NCBI GenBank assembly: GCA_964016885.1
Contig: OZ024741.1
Span: 413,788,001 to 413,852,000, forward strand
Length of the DNA stretch: 64,000 nt
From: Eledone cirrhosa
Lineage: Eukaryota
Direction of reading: 5' to 3'
A model generated the notes under the pieces. The model saw nothing but the letters and a program-made list of their open reading frames with translations, ran no database searches and was not told the origin of the DNA. Within the stretch, counting starts at the first letter, position 1, and each line of letters opens with the position of its first letter. Below, piece after piece: positions 1 through 14,449 of the stretch. The translations under genes were made by a program, and so were the position numbers.

Positions 1-3000
1 CGACACGTCCACGTTACAGTGTGGACTGAGGACCTTTGTCATGTCACCTGCATGATCACTTTACAGTGTGGACTGAGGACCTTTGTCATGTCACCGGCAT
101 GACCACTTTACAGTGTGGACTGAGGGTCTTTGTCATGTCACCGACACGTCCACGTTACAGTGTGGACTGACGACCTTTGTCATGTCACCGACACGACCAC
201 TTTACAGTGTGGACTGAGGGTCTTTGTCATGTCACCGACACGACCACTTTACAATGTGGACTGAGGACCTTTGTCATGTCACCATGACCACTTTACAGTG
301 TGGACTGAGGACCTTTGTCATGTCACCGACGTGACCACTTTACAGTGTGGACTGAGGACCTTGTCATGACACTGACACGTCCACTTTCCAGTGTGGACTG
401 ATGACCTTTGTCATGTCACCATGACCACTTTACAGTGTGGACTGAGGACCTATATCACGTCCCCAACATGACCACTTCACGGTGTGGGCTGAGGACCTTT
501 GTCATGTCACTGACACGACCACTTTACAGTGTGAACTGAGGACCTTTGTCATGTCACTGACATAACCACTTTACAGTTTGGACTGAGGACCTTTGTCATG
601 TCACCGACATGACCACTTTACAGTGTGGACTGAGGACCTTTGTCATGTCACCGACATGACCACTTTACAGTTTGGACTGAGGATCTTTGTCATGTCACTG
701 ACATGACCACTTTACAGTGTGGACTGAGGACCTTTATCATGTCCCCGACATGACCACTTTACAGTGTGGGCTGAGGACCTTTGTCATGTCACCAGCATGA
801 CCACTTTACAGTGTGGACTGAGGACCTTTGTCATGTCCCCGACATGACCACTTTACAGTGTGGACTGAGGACCTTTGTCATGTCACTGACACAACCACTT
901 TACAGTGTGGACTAAGGACCTTTGTCATGACACCTACATGACCACTTTACAGTATGGACTGATGACCTTTGTCATGTCGCGGACATGACCACTTTACAGA
1001 GTGGACTGAGGACCTTTGTCATGTGACCTACATGACCACTTTACAGTGTGGACTGAGGACCTTTGTCATGTCACCTACATGACCACTTTACAGTGGGGCC
1101 TGAGGACCTTTGTCATGTCACCGACACGACCACTTTACAGTGTGGACTGAGGACCTTTGTCATGTGACCTACATGACCACTTTACAGTGTGGACTGACGA
1201 CCTTTGTCATGTCACCTACATGACCACTTTACAGTTGGACTGAGGACCTTTGTCATGTCACCGACATGACCACTTTACAGTGTGGACTGAGGACCTTTGT
1301 CATGTCACCTACATGACCACTTTACAGTGTGAACTGAGGACCTTTATCATGTCACCTACATGACCACTTTACAGTGGGGCCTGAGGACCTTTGTCATGTC
1401 ACCGACACGACCACTTTACAGTGTGGACTGAGGACCTTTGTCATGTCACCTACATGACAACTTTACAGTGTGGACTGAGGACCTTTATCATGTCCCCGAC
1501 ATGACCACATTACAGTGTGGACTGAGGACCTTTGTCATGTCACCAGCATGACCACTTTACAGTGTGGACTGAGGACATTTGTCATGTCACCGACACGACC
1601 ACTTTACAGTGTGGACTGAGGACCTTTCTCATGTCACCAGCATGACCACTTTACAGTGTGGACTGAGGACCTTTGTCATGTCACTGACACGACCACTTTA
1701 CAGTGTGGACTGAGGACATTTGTCATGTCACCGACACGACCACTTTACAGTGTGGACTGAGGACCTTTATCATGTCCCCGACATGACCACTTTACAGTGT
1801 GGACTGAGGACATTTGTCATGTCACCGACACGTCCACTTTACAGTGTGGACTGAGGACCTTTGTCATGTGATCTACATGACCACTTTACAGTGTGGACTG
1901 AGGACCTTTGTCATGTCACCTACATGACCACTTTACAGTGGGGCCTGAGGACCTTTGTCATGTCACAAACACGACCACTTTACAGTGTGGACTGAGGACC
2001 TTTGTCATGTCTCCTACATGACCACTTTACAGTGGGGCCTGAGGACCTTTGTCATGTCACGGACATGACCACTTTACAGTGTGGTCTGAGAACTTTTGTC
2101 ATGTCACTGACATGACCACTTTACAGTGTGGACTGAGGACCTTTGCATGACCCCGACATGACCACTTTACAGTGTGGACTGAGGACCTTTGTCATGTCAC
2201 TGACACGACCACTTTACAGTGTGGACTGAGGACCTTTATCACGTCCCCAACATGACCACTTTACAGTGTGGGCTGAGCACCTTTGTCATGTCACCAGTAT
2301 TACCACTTTACAGTGTGGACTGATGACCTTTGTCATGTCACCGACACAACCACTTTACAGTGTGTACTGAGGACCTTTGTCATGTCACCTACATCACCAC
2401 TTTACAGTGTGGACTGAGGACCTTTATCACGTCCCCAACATGACCACTTTACAGTGTGGGCTGAGGACCTTTGTCATGTCACCAGCATGACCACTTTACA
2501 GTGTGGACTGAGGACCTTTGTCATGTCACTGACACGACCACTTTACAGTGTGGACTGAGGACCTTTGTCATGTCACCGACACGACTACTTTACAGTGTGG
2601 ACTGAGGACCTTTGTCATGTCACCTACATGACCACTTTACAGTGTGGACTGAGGACCTTTGTCATGTCACCTGCATGATCACTTTACAGTGTGGACTGAG
2701 GACCTTTGAAATGTCACCGACATGACCACTTTACAGTGTGGACTGAGGACCTTTGTCATGTCACCGACATGACCACTTTACAGTGTGGACTGAGGACCTT
2801 TGTCATGTCCCTGATATGACCACTTTACAGTGTGGACTGAGGACCTTTGTCATGTCACCGACATGACTACTTTACAGTGTGGACTGAGGACCTTTGTCAT
2901 GTCACTGACATGACCACTTTACAGTTGGACTGAGGGCCTTTGTCATGTCACCGACACGACCACTTTACAGTGTGGACTGAGGACCTTTGTCATGTCACCG

Positions 3001-6000
3001 ACACGACCACGTTAAAGTGTGGACTGAGGACCTTTGTCATGTCACCGACATGACCACTTTACAGTGTGGACTGAGGACCTTTGTCATGTCACCTACATCA
3101 CCACTTTACAGTGTGGACTGAGGACCTTTATCACGTCCCCAACATGACCACTTTACAGTGTGGACTGAGGACCTTTGTCATGTCACCTACATGACCACTT
3201 TACAGTGTGGACTGAGGACCTTTGTCATGTCACCTACACGACCACTTTACAGTGTGGACTGAGGACCATTGTCATGTCACCGACACGACCACTTTACAGT
3301 GTGGACTGAGGACCTTTGTCATGTCACCGACATGACCACTTTACAGTGTGGACTGAGGACCTTTGTCATGTCACCGACATGACAACTTTACAGTGTGGAC
3401 TGAGGACCTTTATCATGTCCCCGACATGACCACTTTACAGTGTGGACTGAGGACCTTTGTCATGTCACCAACTTGACCACTTTACAGTGTAGACTGAGGA
3501 CCTTTGTCATGTCAGCGACACGACCACTTTAAAGTGTGGACTGAGGACCTTTGTCATGTCACCGACATGACCACTTTACAGTGTGGACTGAGGACCTTTG
3601 TCGTGTCACCGACATGACCACTTTACAGTGTGAACTGAGGACCTTTGTCATGTCACCGACATGACCACTTTACATTGTGGACTGAGGACCTTTGTCATGT
3701 CACCGACACGACCACTTTACAGTGTGGACTGAGGACCTTTGTCATGTCACCTACACGACCACTTTACAGTGTGGACTGAGGACCTTTGTCATGTCACCGA
3801 CACGACCACTTTACAGTGTCGACTGAGGACCTTTGTCATGTCCCCGACATGACCACTTTACAGTGTGGACTGAGGACCTTTGTCATGTCACCTACATGAC
3901 CACTTTACAGTGTGGACTGAGGACCTTTGTCATGTCACCGACACGACCACTTTACAGTGTGGACTGAGGACCTTTGTCATGTAACCTACATGACCACTTT
4001 ACAGTGTGGACTGAGGACCTTTTTCATGTCACCTACATGACCACTTTACAGTGTGGACTGAGGACCTTTGTCATGTCACCTACATGACCACTTTACAGTG
4101 TGGACTGAGGACCTTTGTCATGTCACCTGCATGACCACTTTACAGTGTGGACTGAGGGTCTTTGTCATGTCACCGACACGTCCACGTTACAGTGTGGACT
4201 GAGGACCTTTGTCATGTCACCTGCATGATCACTTTACAGTGTGGACTGAGGACCTTTGTCATGTCACCGGCATGACAACTTTACAGTGTGGACTGAGGGT
4301 CTTTGTCATGTCACCGACACGTCCACGTTACAGTGTGGACTGACGACCTTTGTCATGTCACCGACACGACCACTTTACAGTGTGGACTGAGGGTCTTTGT
4401 CATGTCACCGACACGACCACTTTACAATGTGGACTGAGGACCTTTGTCATGTCACCATGACCACTTTACAGTGTGGACTGAGGACCTTTGTCATGTCACC
4501 GACGTGACCACTTTACAGTGTGGACTGAGGACCTTGTCATGACACTGACACGTCCACTTTCCAGTGTGGACTGATGACCTTTGTCATGTCACCATGACCA
4601 CTTTACAGTGTGGACTGAGGACCTATATCACGTCCCCAACATGACCACTTCACGGTGTGGGCTGAGGACCTTTGTCATGTCACTGACACGACCACTTTAC
4701 AGTGTGGACTGAGGACCTTTGTCATGTCACTGACATAACCACTTTACAGTTTGGACTGAGGACCTTTGTCATGTCACCGACATGACCACTTTACAGTGTG
4801 GACTGAGGACCTTTGTCATGTCACCGACATGACCACTTTACAGTTTGGACTGAGGACCTTTGTCATGTCACAGACATGACCACTTTACAGTGTGGACTGA
4901 GGACCTTTATCATGTCCCCGACATGACCACTTTACAGTGTGGGCTGAGGACCTTTGTCATGTCACCAGCTTGACCACTTTACAGTGTGGACTGAGGACCT
5001 TTGTCATGTCCCCGACATGACCACTTTACAGTGTGGACTGAGGACCTTTGTCATGTCACTGACACAACCACTTTACAGTGTGGACTAAGGACCTTTGTCA
5101 TGACACCTACATGACCACTTTACAGTATGGACTGATGACCTTTGTCATGTCGCGGACATGACCACTTTACAGAGTGGACTGAGGACCTTTGTCATGTGAC
5201 CTACATGACCACTTTACAGTGTGGACTGAGGACCTTTGTCATGTCACCTACATGACCACTTTACAGTGGGGCCTGAGGACCTTTGTCATGTCACCGACAC
5301 GACCACTTTACAGTGTGGACTGAGGACCTTTGTCATGTGACCTACATGACCACTTTACAGTGTGGACTGACGACCTTTGTCATGTCACCTACATGACCAC
5401 TTTACAGTTGGACTGAGGACCTTTGTCATGTCACCGACATGACCACTTTACAGTGTGGACTGAGGACCTTTGTCATGTCACCTACATGACCACTTTACAG
5501 TGTGAACTGAGGACCTTTATCATGTCACCTACATGACCACTTTACAGTGTGGACTGAGGACTTTTGGCATGTCACCGACATGACCACTTTACAGTGTGGA
5601 CTGAGGACCTTTGTCATGTCACCTACATGACCACTTTACAGTGTGGACTGAAGTCCTTTGTCATGACCCCGACACGACCACTTTCAAGTGTCGACTGAGG
5701 ACCTTTGTCATGTCATCTACATGACCACTTTACAGTGTGGACTGAGGACCTTTGTCATGTCACCTACATGACCACTTTACAGTGTGGACTGAGGACCTTT
5801 GTCATGTCACAGACACGACCACTTTACAGTGTGGACTGAGGACCTTTGTCATGTCACCGACACAACCACTTTACAGTGTGGACTGAGGACGTTTGTCATG
5901 TCACCTACATGACCACTTTACATTGTGGACTGAGGACCTTTGTCATGTCACCTACATGACCACTTTGCAGTGTGGACTGAGAACCTTTGTCATGTCACCT

Positions 6001-9000
6001 GCATGACCACTTTACAGTGTGGACTGAGGACCTTTGTCATGTCACCTACATGACCACTTTCCATAGTGGACTGAGGACTTTTGTCATGTCACTAACAGGA
6101 CCAATTTACAGTGTGGACTGAGGACCTTTGTCATGTCACCTACATGACAACTTTACAGTGTGGACTGAGGACCTTTATCATGTCCCCGACATGACCACTT
6201 TACAGTGTGGACTGAGGACCTTTGTCATGTCCCCAACATGACCACTTTACAGTGTGGACTGAGGACCTTTGTCATGTCACTGACATGACCACTTTACAGT
6301 TGGACTGAGGGCCTTTGTCATGTCACCGACACGACCACTTTACAGTGTGGACTGAGGACCTTTGTCATGTCACCGACACGACCACGTTAAAGTGTGGACT
6401 GAGGACCTTTGTCATGTCACCGACATGACCACTTTACAGTGTGGACTGAGGACCTTTGTCATGTCACCTACATCACCACTTTACAGTGTGGACTGAGGAC
6501 CTTTATCACGTCCCCAACATGACCACTTTACAGTGTGGACTGAGGACCTTTGTCATGTCACCTACATGACCACTTTACAGTGTGGACTGAGGACCTTTGT
6601 CATGTCACCTACACGACCACTTTACAGTGTGGACTGAGGACCATTGTCATGTCACCGACACGACCACTTTACAGTGTGGACTGAGGACCTTTGTCATGTC
6701 ACCGACATGACAACTTTACAGTGTGGACTGAGGACCTTTATCATGTCCCCGACATGACCACTTTACAGTGTGGACTGAGGACCTTTGTCATGTCACCAAC
6801 TTGACCACTTTACAGTGTAGACTGAGGACCTTTGTCATGTCAGCGACACGACCACTTTAAAGTGTGGACTGAGGACCTTTGTCATGTCACCGACATGACC
6901 ACTTTACAGTGTGGACTGAGGGCCTTTGTCTTGTCACCGACATGACCACTTTACAGTGTGAACTGAGGACCTTTGTCATGTCACCGACATGACCACTTTA
7001 CAGTGTGGACTGAGGACCTTTGTCATGTCACCGACACGACCACTTTACAGTGTGGACTGAGGACCTTTGTCATGTCACCTACACGACCACTTTACAGTGT
7101 GGACTGAGGACCTTTGTCATGTCACCGACACGACCACTTTACAGTGTCGACTGAGGACCTTTGTCATGTCATCTACATGACCACTTTACAGTGTGGACTG
7201 AGCACCTTTGTCATGTCACCTACATGACCACTTTACAGTGTGGACTGAGGACCTTTGTCATGTCACAGACACGACCACTTTACAGTGTAGACTGAGGACC
7301 TTTGTCATGTCACCGACACGACCACTTTACAGTGTGGACTGAGGACGTTTGTCATGTCGCCTACATGACCACTTTACATTGTGGACTGAGGACCTTTGTC
7401 ATGTCACCTACATGACAACTTTACAGTGTGGACTGAGGACCTTTGTCATGTCACCGACACGACCACTTTACAGTATGGACTGAGGACCTTTGTCATGTAA
7501 CCTACATGACCACTTTACAGTGTGGACTGAGGACCTTTAACACGTCCCCAACATGAGCACTTTACAGTGTGGACTGAGGACCTTTGTCATGTCACTGACA
7601 TGACCACTTTACAGTGTGGACTGAGGACCTTTGTCATGTCACCTACATGACCACTTTACAGTGTGGACTGAGGACCTTTGTCATGTCACCGACATGACCA
7701 CTTTACAGTGTGGACTGAGGACTTTTGTCATGTCACCGACACGACCACTTTACAGTGTGGACTGAGGACCTTTGTCATGTCACCTACATGACCACTTTAC
7801 AGTGTGGACTGAGGACCTTTGTCATGTCACCGACACGACCACTTTACAGTGTGGACTGAGGACCTTTGTCATGTCACCTACATGACCACTTTACAGTGTG
7901 GACTGAGGACCTTTGTCATGTCACCTGCATGACCACTTTACAGTGTGGACTGAGGGTCTTTGTCATGTCACCGACACGTCCACGTTACAGTGTGGACTGA
8001 GGACCTTTGTCATGTCACCTGCATGATGAATTTACAGTGTGGACTGAGGACCTTTGTCATGTCACCGGCATGACCACTTTACAGTGTGGACTGAGGGTCT
8101 TTGTCATGTCACCGACACGTCCACGTTACAGTGTGGACTGACGACCTTTGTCATGTCACCGACACGACCACTTTACAGTGTGGACTGAGGGTCTTTGTCA
8201 TGTCACCGACACGACCACTTTACAATGTGGACTGAGGACCTTTGTCATGTCACCATGACCACTTTACAGTGTGGACTGAGGACCTTTGTCATGTCACCGA
8301 CGTGACCACTTTACAGTGTGGACTGAGGACCTTGTCATGACACTGACACGTCCACTTTCCAGTGTGGACTGATGACCTTTGTCATGTCACCATGACCACT
8401 TTACAGTGTGGACTGAGGACCTATATCACGTCCCCAACATGACCACTTCACGGTGTGGGCTGAGGACCTTTGTCATGTCACTGACACGACCACTTTACAG
8501 TGTGGACTGAGGACCTTTGTCATGTCACTGACATAACCACTTTACAGTTTGGACTGAGGACCTTTGTCATGTCACCGACATGACCACTTTACAGTTTGGA
8601 CTGAGGACCTTTGTCATGTCACAGACATGACCACTTTACAGTGTGGACTGAGGACCTTTATCATGTCCCCGACATGACCACTTTACAGTGTGAACTAAGG
8701 ACCTTTGTCATGACACCTACATGACCACTTTACAGTATGGACTGATGACCTTTGTCATGTCGCGGACATGACCACTTTACAGAGTGGACTGAGGACCTTT
8801 GTCATGTGACCTACATGACCACTTTACAGTGTGGACTGAGAACCTTTGTCATGTCACATACATGACCACTTTACAGTGGGGCCTGAGGACCTTTGTCATG
8901 TCACCGACACGACCACTTTACAGTGTGGACTGAGGACCTTTGTCATGTGACCTACATGACCACTTTACAGTGTGGACTGACGACCTTTGTCATGTCACCT

Positions 9001-9200
9001 ACATGACCACTTTACAGTTGGACTGAGGACCTTTGTCATGTCACCGACATGACCACTTTACAGTGTGGACTGAGGACCTTTGTCATGTCACCTACATGAC
9101 CACTTTACAGTGTGAACTGAGGACCTTTATCATGTCACCTACATGACCACTTTACAGTGTGGACTGAGGACTTTTGTCATGTCACCGACATGACCACTTT
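1..9200 (+). repeat. Higher-order block present three times (starts ~1, 4174, 7972; spacing 4173 and 3798 bp)
   Basis: The same ordered run of rare variants recurs. TATATCACGTCCCCAACATGACCACTTCACGG is at 451, 4624 and 8422. CGCGGACATG...AGAGTGG is at 978, 5151 and 8761. Two 44-bp deletion monomers occur in each copy. Confidence 0.9.
642..660. repeat. Intra-monomer inverted repeat GTCATGTC-acc-GACATGAC (example copy; present perfect or degenerate in nearly every monomer)
   Basis: GTCATGTC is the exact reverse complement of GACATGAC, separated by 3 nt. Confidence 0.95.
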
Positions 9201-9529
9201 ACAGTGTGGACTGAGGACCTTTGTCATGTCACCTACATGACCACTTTACAGTGTGGACTGAAGTCCTTTGTCATGACCCCGACACGACCACTTTCAAGTG
9301 TCGACTGAGGACCTTTGTCATGTCATCTACATGACCACTTTACAGTGTGGACTGAGGACCTTTGTCATGTCACCTACATGACCACTTTACAGTGTGGACT
9401 GAGGACCTTTGTCATGTCACAGACACGACCACTTTACAGTGTGGACTGAGGACCTTTGTCATGTCACCGACACGACCACTTTACAGTGTGGACTGAGGAC
9501 GTTTGTCATGTCACCTACATGACCACTTT

Positions 9530-12400
9530 ACATTGTGGACTGAGGACCTTTGTCATGTCACCTACATGACCACTTTACAGTGTGGACTGAGAACCTTTGT
9601 CATGTCACCTGCATGACCACTTTACAGTGTGGACTGAGGACCTTTGTCATGTCACCTACATGACCACTTTCCATAGTGGACTGAGGACCTTTGTCATGTC
9701 ACTAACAGTACCAATTTACAGTGTGGACTGAGGACCTTTGTCATGTCACCTACATGACAACTTTACAGTGTGGACTGAGAACCTTTATCATGTCCCCGAC
9801 ATGACCACTTTACAGTGTGGACTGAGGACCTTTGTCATGTCACCAGCATGACCACTTTACAGTGTGGACTGAGGACATTTGTCATTTCACCGACACGACC
9901 ACTTTACAGTGTGGACTGAGGACCTTTGTCATACCACCAGCATGACCACTTTACAGTGTGGACTGAGGACCTTTGTCATGTCACTGACACGACCACTTTA
10001 CAGTGTGGACTGAGGACATTTGTCATGTCACCGACACGACCACTTTACAGTGTGGACTGAGGACCTTTATCATGTCCCCGACATGACCACTTTACAGTGT
10101 GGACTGAGGACATTTGTCATGTCACCGACACGTCCACTTTACAGTGTGGACTGAGGACCTTTGTCATGTGACCTACATGACCACTTTACAGTGTGGACTG
10201 AGGACCTTTGTCATGTCACCTACATGACCACTTTACAGTGGGGCCTGAGGACCTTTGTCATGTCACAAACACGACCACTTTACAGTGTGGACTGGGGACC
10301 TTTGTCATGTCTCCTACATGATAACTTTACAGTGGGGCCTGAGGACCTTTGTCATGTCACGGACATGACCACTTTACAGTGTGGTCTGAGAACTTTTGTC
10401 ATGTCACTGACATGACCACTTTACAGTGTGGAATTAGGACCTTTGTCATGTCACCGACATGACCACTTTACAGTGTGGACTGAGGACTTTTGTCATGTCA
10501 CCGACATGACCAATTTACAGTGTGGACTGAAGACCTTTGTCATGACCCCGACATGACCACTTTACACTGTGGACTGAGGACCTTTGTCATGTCACTGACA
10601 CGACCACTTTACAGTGTGGACTGAGGACCTTTATCACGTCCCCAACATGACCACTTTACAGTGTGGGCTGAGGACCTTTGTCATGTCACCAGTATTACCA
10701 CTTTACAGTGTGGACTGAGGACCTTTGTCATGTCACCGACACAACCACTTTACAGTGTGTACTGAGGACCTTTGTCATGTCACCTACATCACCACTTTAC
10801 AGTGTGGACTGAGGACCTTTATCACGTCCCCAACATGACCACTTTACAGTGTGGGCTAAGGACCTTTGTCATGTCACCAGCATGACCACTTTACAGTGTG
10901 GACTGAGGACCTTTGTCATGTCACCTGCATGATCACTTTACAGTGTGGACTGAGGACCTTTATCACGTCCCCAACATGACCACTTTACATTGTGGACTGA
11001 GGACCTTTGTCATGTCACCTACATGACCACTTTACAGTGTGGACTGAAAACCTTTGTCATGTCACCTGCATGACCACTTTACAGTGTGGACTGAGGACCT
11101 TTGTCATGTCACCTACATGACCACTTTCCATAGTGGACTGAGGACCTTTGTCATGTCACTAACAGTACCAATTTACAGTGTGGACTGAGGACCTTTGTCA
11201 TGTCACCTACATGACAACTTTACAGTGTGGACTGAGAACCTTTATCATGTCCCCGACATGACCACTTTACAGTGTGGACTGAGGACCTTTGTCATGTCAC
11301 CAGCATGACCACTTTACAGTGTGGACTGAGGACATTTGTCATTTCACCGACACGACCACTTTACAGTGTGGACTGAGGACCTTTGTCATACCACCAGCAT
11401 GACCACTTTACAGTGTGGACTGAGGACCTTTGTCATGTCACTGACACGACCACTTTACAGTGTGGACTGAGGACATTTGTCATGTCACCGACACGACCAC
11501 TTTACAGTGTGGACTGAGGACATTTGTCATGTCACCGACACGTCCACTTTACAGTGTGGACTGAGGACCTTTGTCATGTGACCTACATGACCACTTTACA
11601 GTGTGGACTGAGGACCTTTGTCATGTCACCTACATGACCACTTTACAGTGGGGTCTGAGGACCTTTGTCATGTCACAAACACGACCACTTTACAGTGTGG
11701 ACTGGGGACCTTTGTCATGTCTCCTACATGATAACTTTACAGTGGGGCCTGAGGAGCTTTGTCATGTCACGGACATGACCACTTTACAGTGTGGTCTGAG
11801 AACTTTTGTCATGTCACTGACATGACCACTTTACAGTGTGGAATTAGGACCTTTGTCATGTCACCGACATGACCACTTTACAGTGTGGACTGAGGACCTT
11901 TGTCATGTCACCGACATGACCACTTTACAGTGTGGACTGAGGACCTTTGTCATGTCACTGACACGACCACTTTACAGTGTGGACTGAGGACTTTTGTCAT
12001 GTCACCGACATGACCAATTTACAGTGTGGACTGAAGACCTGTGTCATGACCCCGACATGACCACTTTACAGTGTGGACTGAGGACCTTTGTCATGTCACT
12101 GACACGACCACTTTACAGTGTGGACTGAGGACCTTTATCACGTCCCCAACATGACCACTTTACAGTGTGGGCTGAGGACCTTTGTCATGTCACCAGTATT
12201 ACCACTTTACAGTGTGGACTGATGACCTTTGTCATGTCACCGACACAACCACTTTACAGTGTGTACTGAGGACCTTTGTCATGTCACCTACATCACCACT
12301 TTACAGTGTGGACTGAGGACCTTTATCACGTCCCCAACATGACCACTTTACAGTGTGGGCTGAGGACCTTTGTCATGTCACCAGCATGACCACTTTACAG
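9530..12400 (+). repeat. ~1.4-1.5 kb local tandem duplication (30-31 monomers)
   Basis: ATACCACCAG is at 9931 and 11388 (1457=31x47). CTGGGGACC is at 10292 and 11702, and near-identical ORFs start at 10161 and 11571 (1410=30x47). Boundaries approximate. Confidence 0.88.
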
Positions 12401-14449
12401 TGTGGACTGAGGACCTTTGTCATGTCACTGACACGACCACTTTACAGTGTGGACTGAGGACCTTTGTCATGTCACCGACACGACCACTTTACAGTGTGGA
12501 CTGAGGACCTTTGTCATGTCACCTACATGACCACTTTACAGTGTGGACTGAGGACCTTTGTCATGTCACCTGCATGATCACTTTACAGTGTGGACTGAGG
12601 ACCTTTATCACGTCCCCAACATGACCACTTTACAGTGTGGACTGAGGACCTTTGTCATGTCACTGACATGACCACTTTACAGTGTGGACTGAGGACCTTT
12701 GTCATGTCACCTACATGACCACTTTACAGTGTGGACTGAGGACCTTTGTCATGTCACCTACATGACCACTTTACAGTGTGGACTGAGGACTTTTGTCATG
12801 TCACCGACACGACCACTTTACAGTGTGAACTGAGGGTCTTTGTCATGTCACCGACACGTCCACGTTACAGTGTGGAGTGACGACCTTTGTCATGTCACCT
12901 ACACGACCACTTTACAATGTGGACTGAGGACCTTTGTCATGTCACCGACGTGACCACTTTACAGTGTGGACTGAGGACCTTTGTCATGTCACCTACATGA
13001 CCACTTTACAGTGTGGACTGACGACCTTTGTCATGTCACCTACATGACCACTTTTCAGTTGGACTGAGGACCTTTGTCATGTCACCTACATGACCACTTT
13101 ACAGTGTGAACTGAGGACCTTTATCATGTCACCTACATGACCACTTTACAGTGTGGACTGAGGACTTTTGTCATGTCACCGACATGACCACTTTATAGTG
13201 TGGACTGAGGACCTTTGTCATGTCACCTACATGACCACTTTACAGTGTGGACTGAAGTCCTTTGTCATGACCCCGACACGACCACTTTACAGTGTGGACT
13301 GAGGACCTTTGTCATGTCACCGACACGACCACTTTACAGTGTCGACTGAGGACCTTTGTCATGTCATCTACATGACCACTTTACAGTGTGGACTGAGGAC
13401 CTTTGTCATGTCACCTACATGACCACTTTACAGTGTGGACTGAGGACCTTTGTCATGTCACAGACACGACCACTTTACAGTGTGGACTGAGGACTTTTGT
13501 CATGTCACCGACACGACCACTTTCCAGTGTGGACTGAGGACGTTTGTCATGTCACCTACATGACCACTTTACATTGTGGACTGAGGACCTTTGTCATGTC
13601 ACCTACATGACCACTTTACAGTGTGGACTGAGAACCTTTGTCATGTCACCTGCATGACCACTTTACAGTGTGGACTGAGGACCTTTGTCATGTCACCTAC
13701 ATGACCACTTTCCATAGTGGACTGAGGACCTTTGTCATGTCACTAACAGGACCAATTTACAGTGTGGACTGAGGACCTTTGTCATGTCACCTACATGACA
13801 ACTTTACAGTGTGGACTGAGGACCTTTATCATGTCCCCGACATGACCACTTTACAGTGTGGACTGAGGACCTTTGTCATGTCACCAGCATGACCACTTTA
13901 CAGTGTGGACTGAGGACATTTGTCATGTCACCGACACGACCACTTTACAGTGTCGACTGAGGACCTTTGTCATGTCACCAGCATGACCACTTTACAGTGT
14001 GGACTGAGGACCTTTGTCATGTCACTGACACGACCACTTTACAGTGTGGACTGAGGACATTTGTCATGTCACCGACACGACCACTTTACAGTGTGGACTG
14101 AGGACCTTTATCATGTCCCCGACATGACCACTTTACAGTGTGGACTGAGGACATTTGTCATGTCACCGACACGTCCACTTTACAGTGTGGACTGAGGACC
14201 TTTGTCATGTCTCCTACATGACCACTTTACAGTGGGGCCTGAGGACCTTTGTCATGTCACGGACATGACCACTTTACAGTGTGGTCTGAGAACTTTTGTC
14301 ATGTCACTGACATGACCACTTTACAGTGTGGAATTAGGACCTTTGTCATGTCACCGACATGACCACTTTACAGTGTGGACTGAGGACTTTTGTCATGTCA
14401 CCGACATGACCAATTTACAGTGTGGACTGAGGACCTTTGTCATGTCACT

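Noticed and set aside
635-660. Transcription-factor motifs (p53-like paired CATG cores, TGTCA TALE sites, GACCTTTG nuclear-receptor-like site)
   Set aside because: These are short or mismatched matches (p53 RRRCWWGYYY flanks not met) expected by chance. The host is unknown and there is no binding evidence.
642-660. Intrinsic terminator, tRNA or structured ncRNA
   Set aside because: No U-tract follows the stem, there is no cloverleaf, and variants show no compensatory changes.
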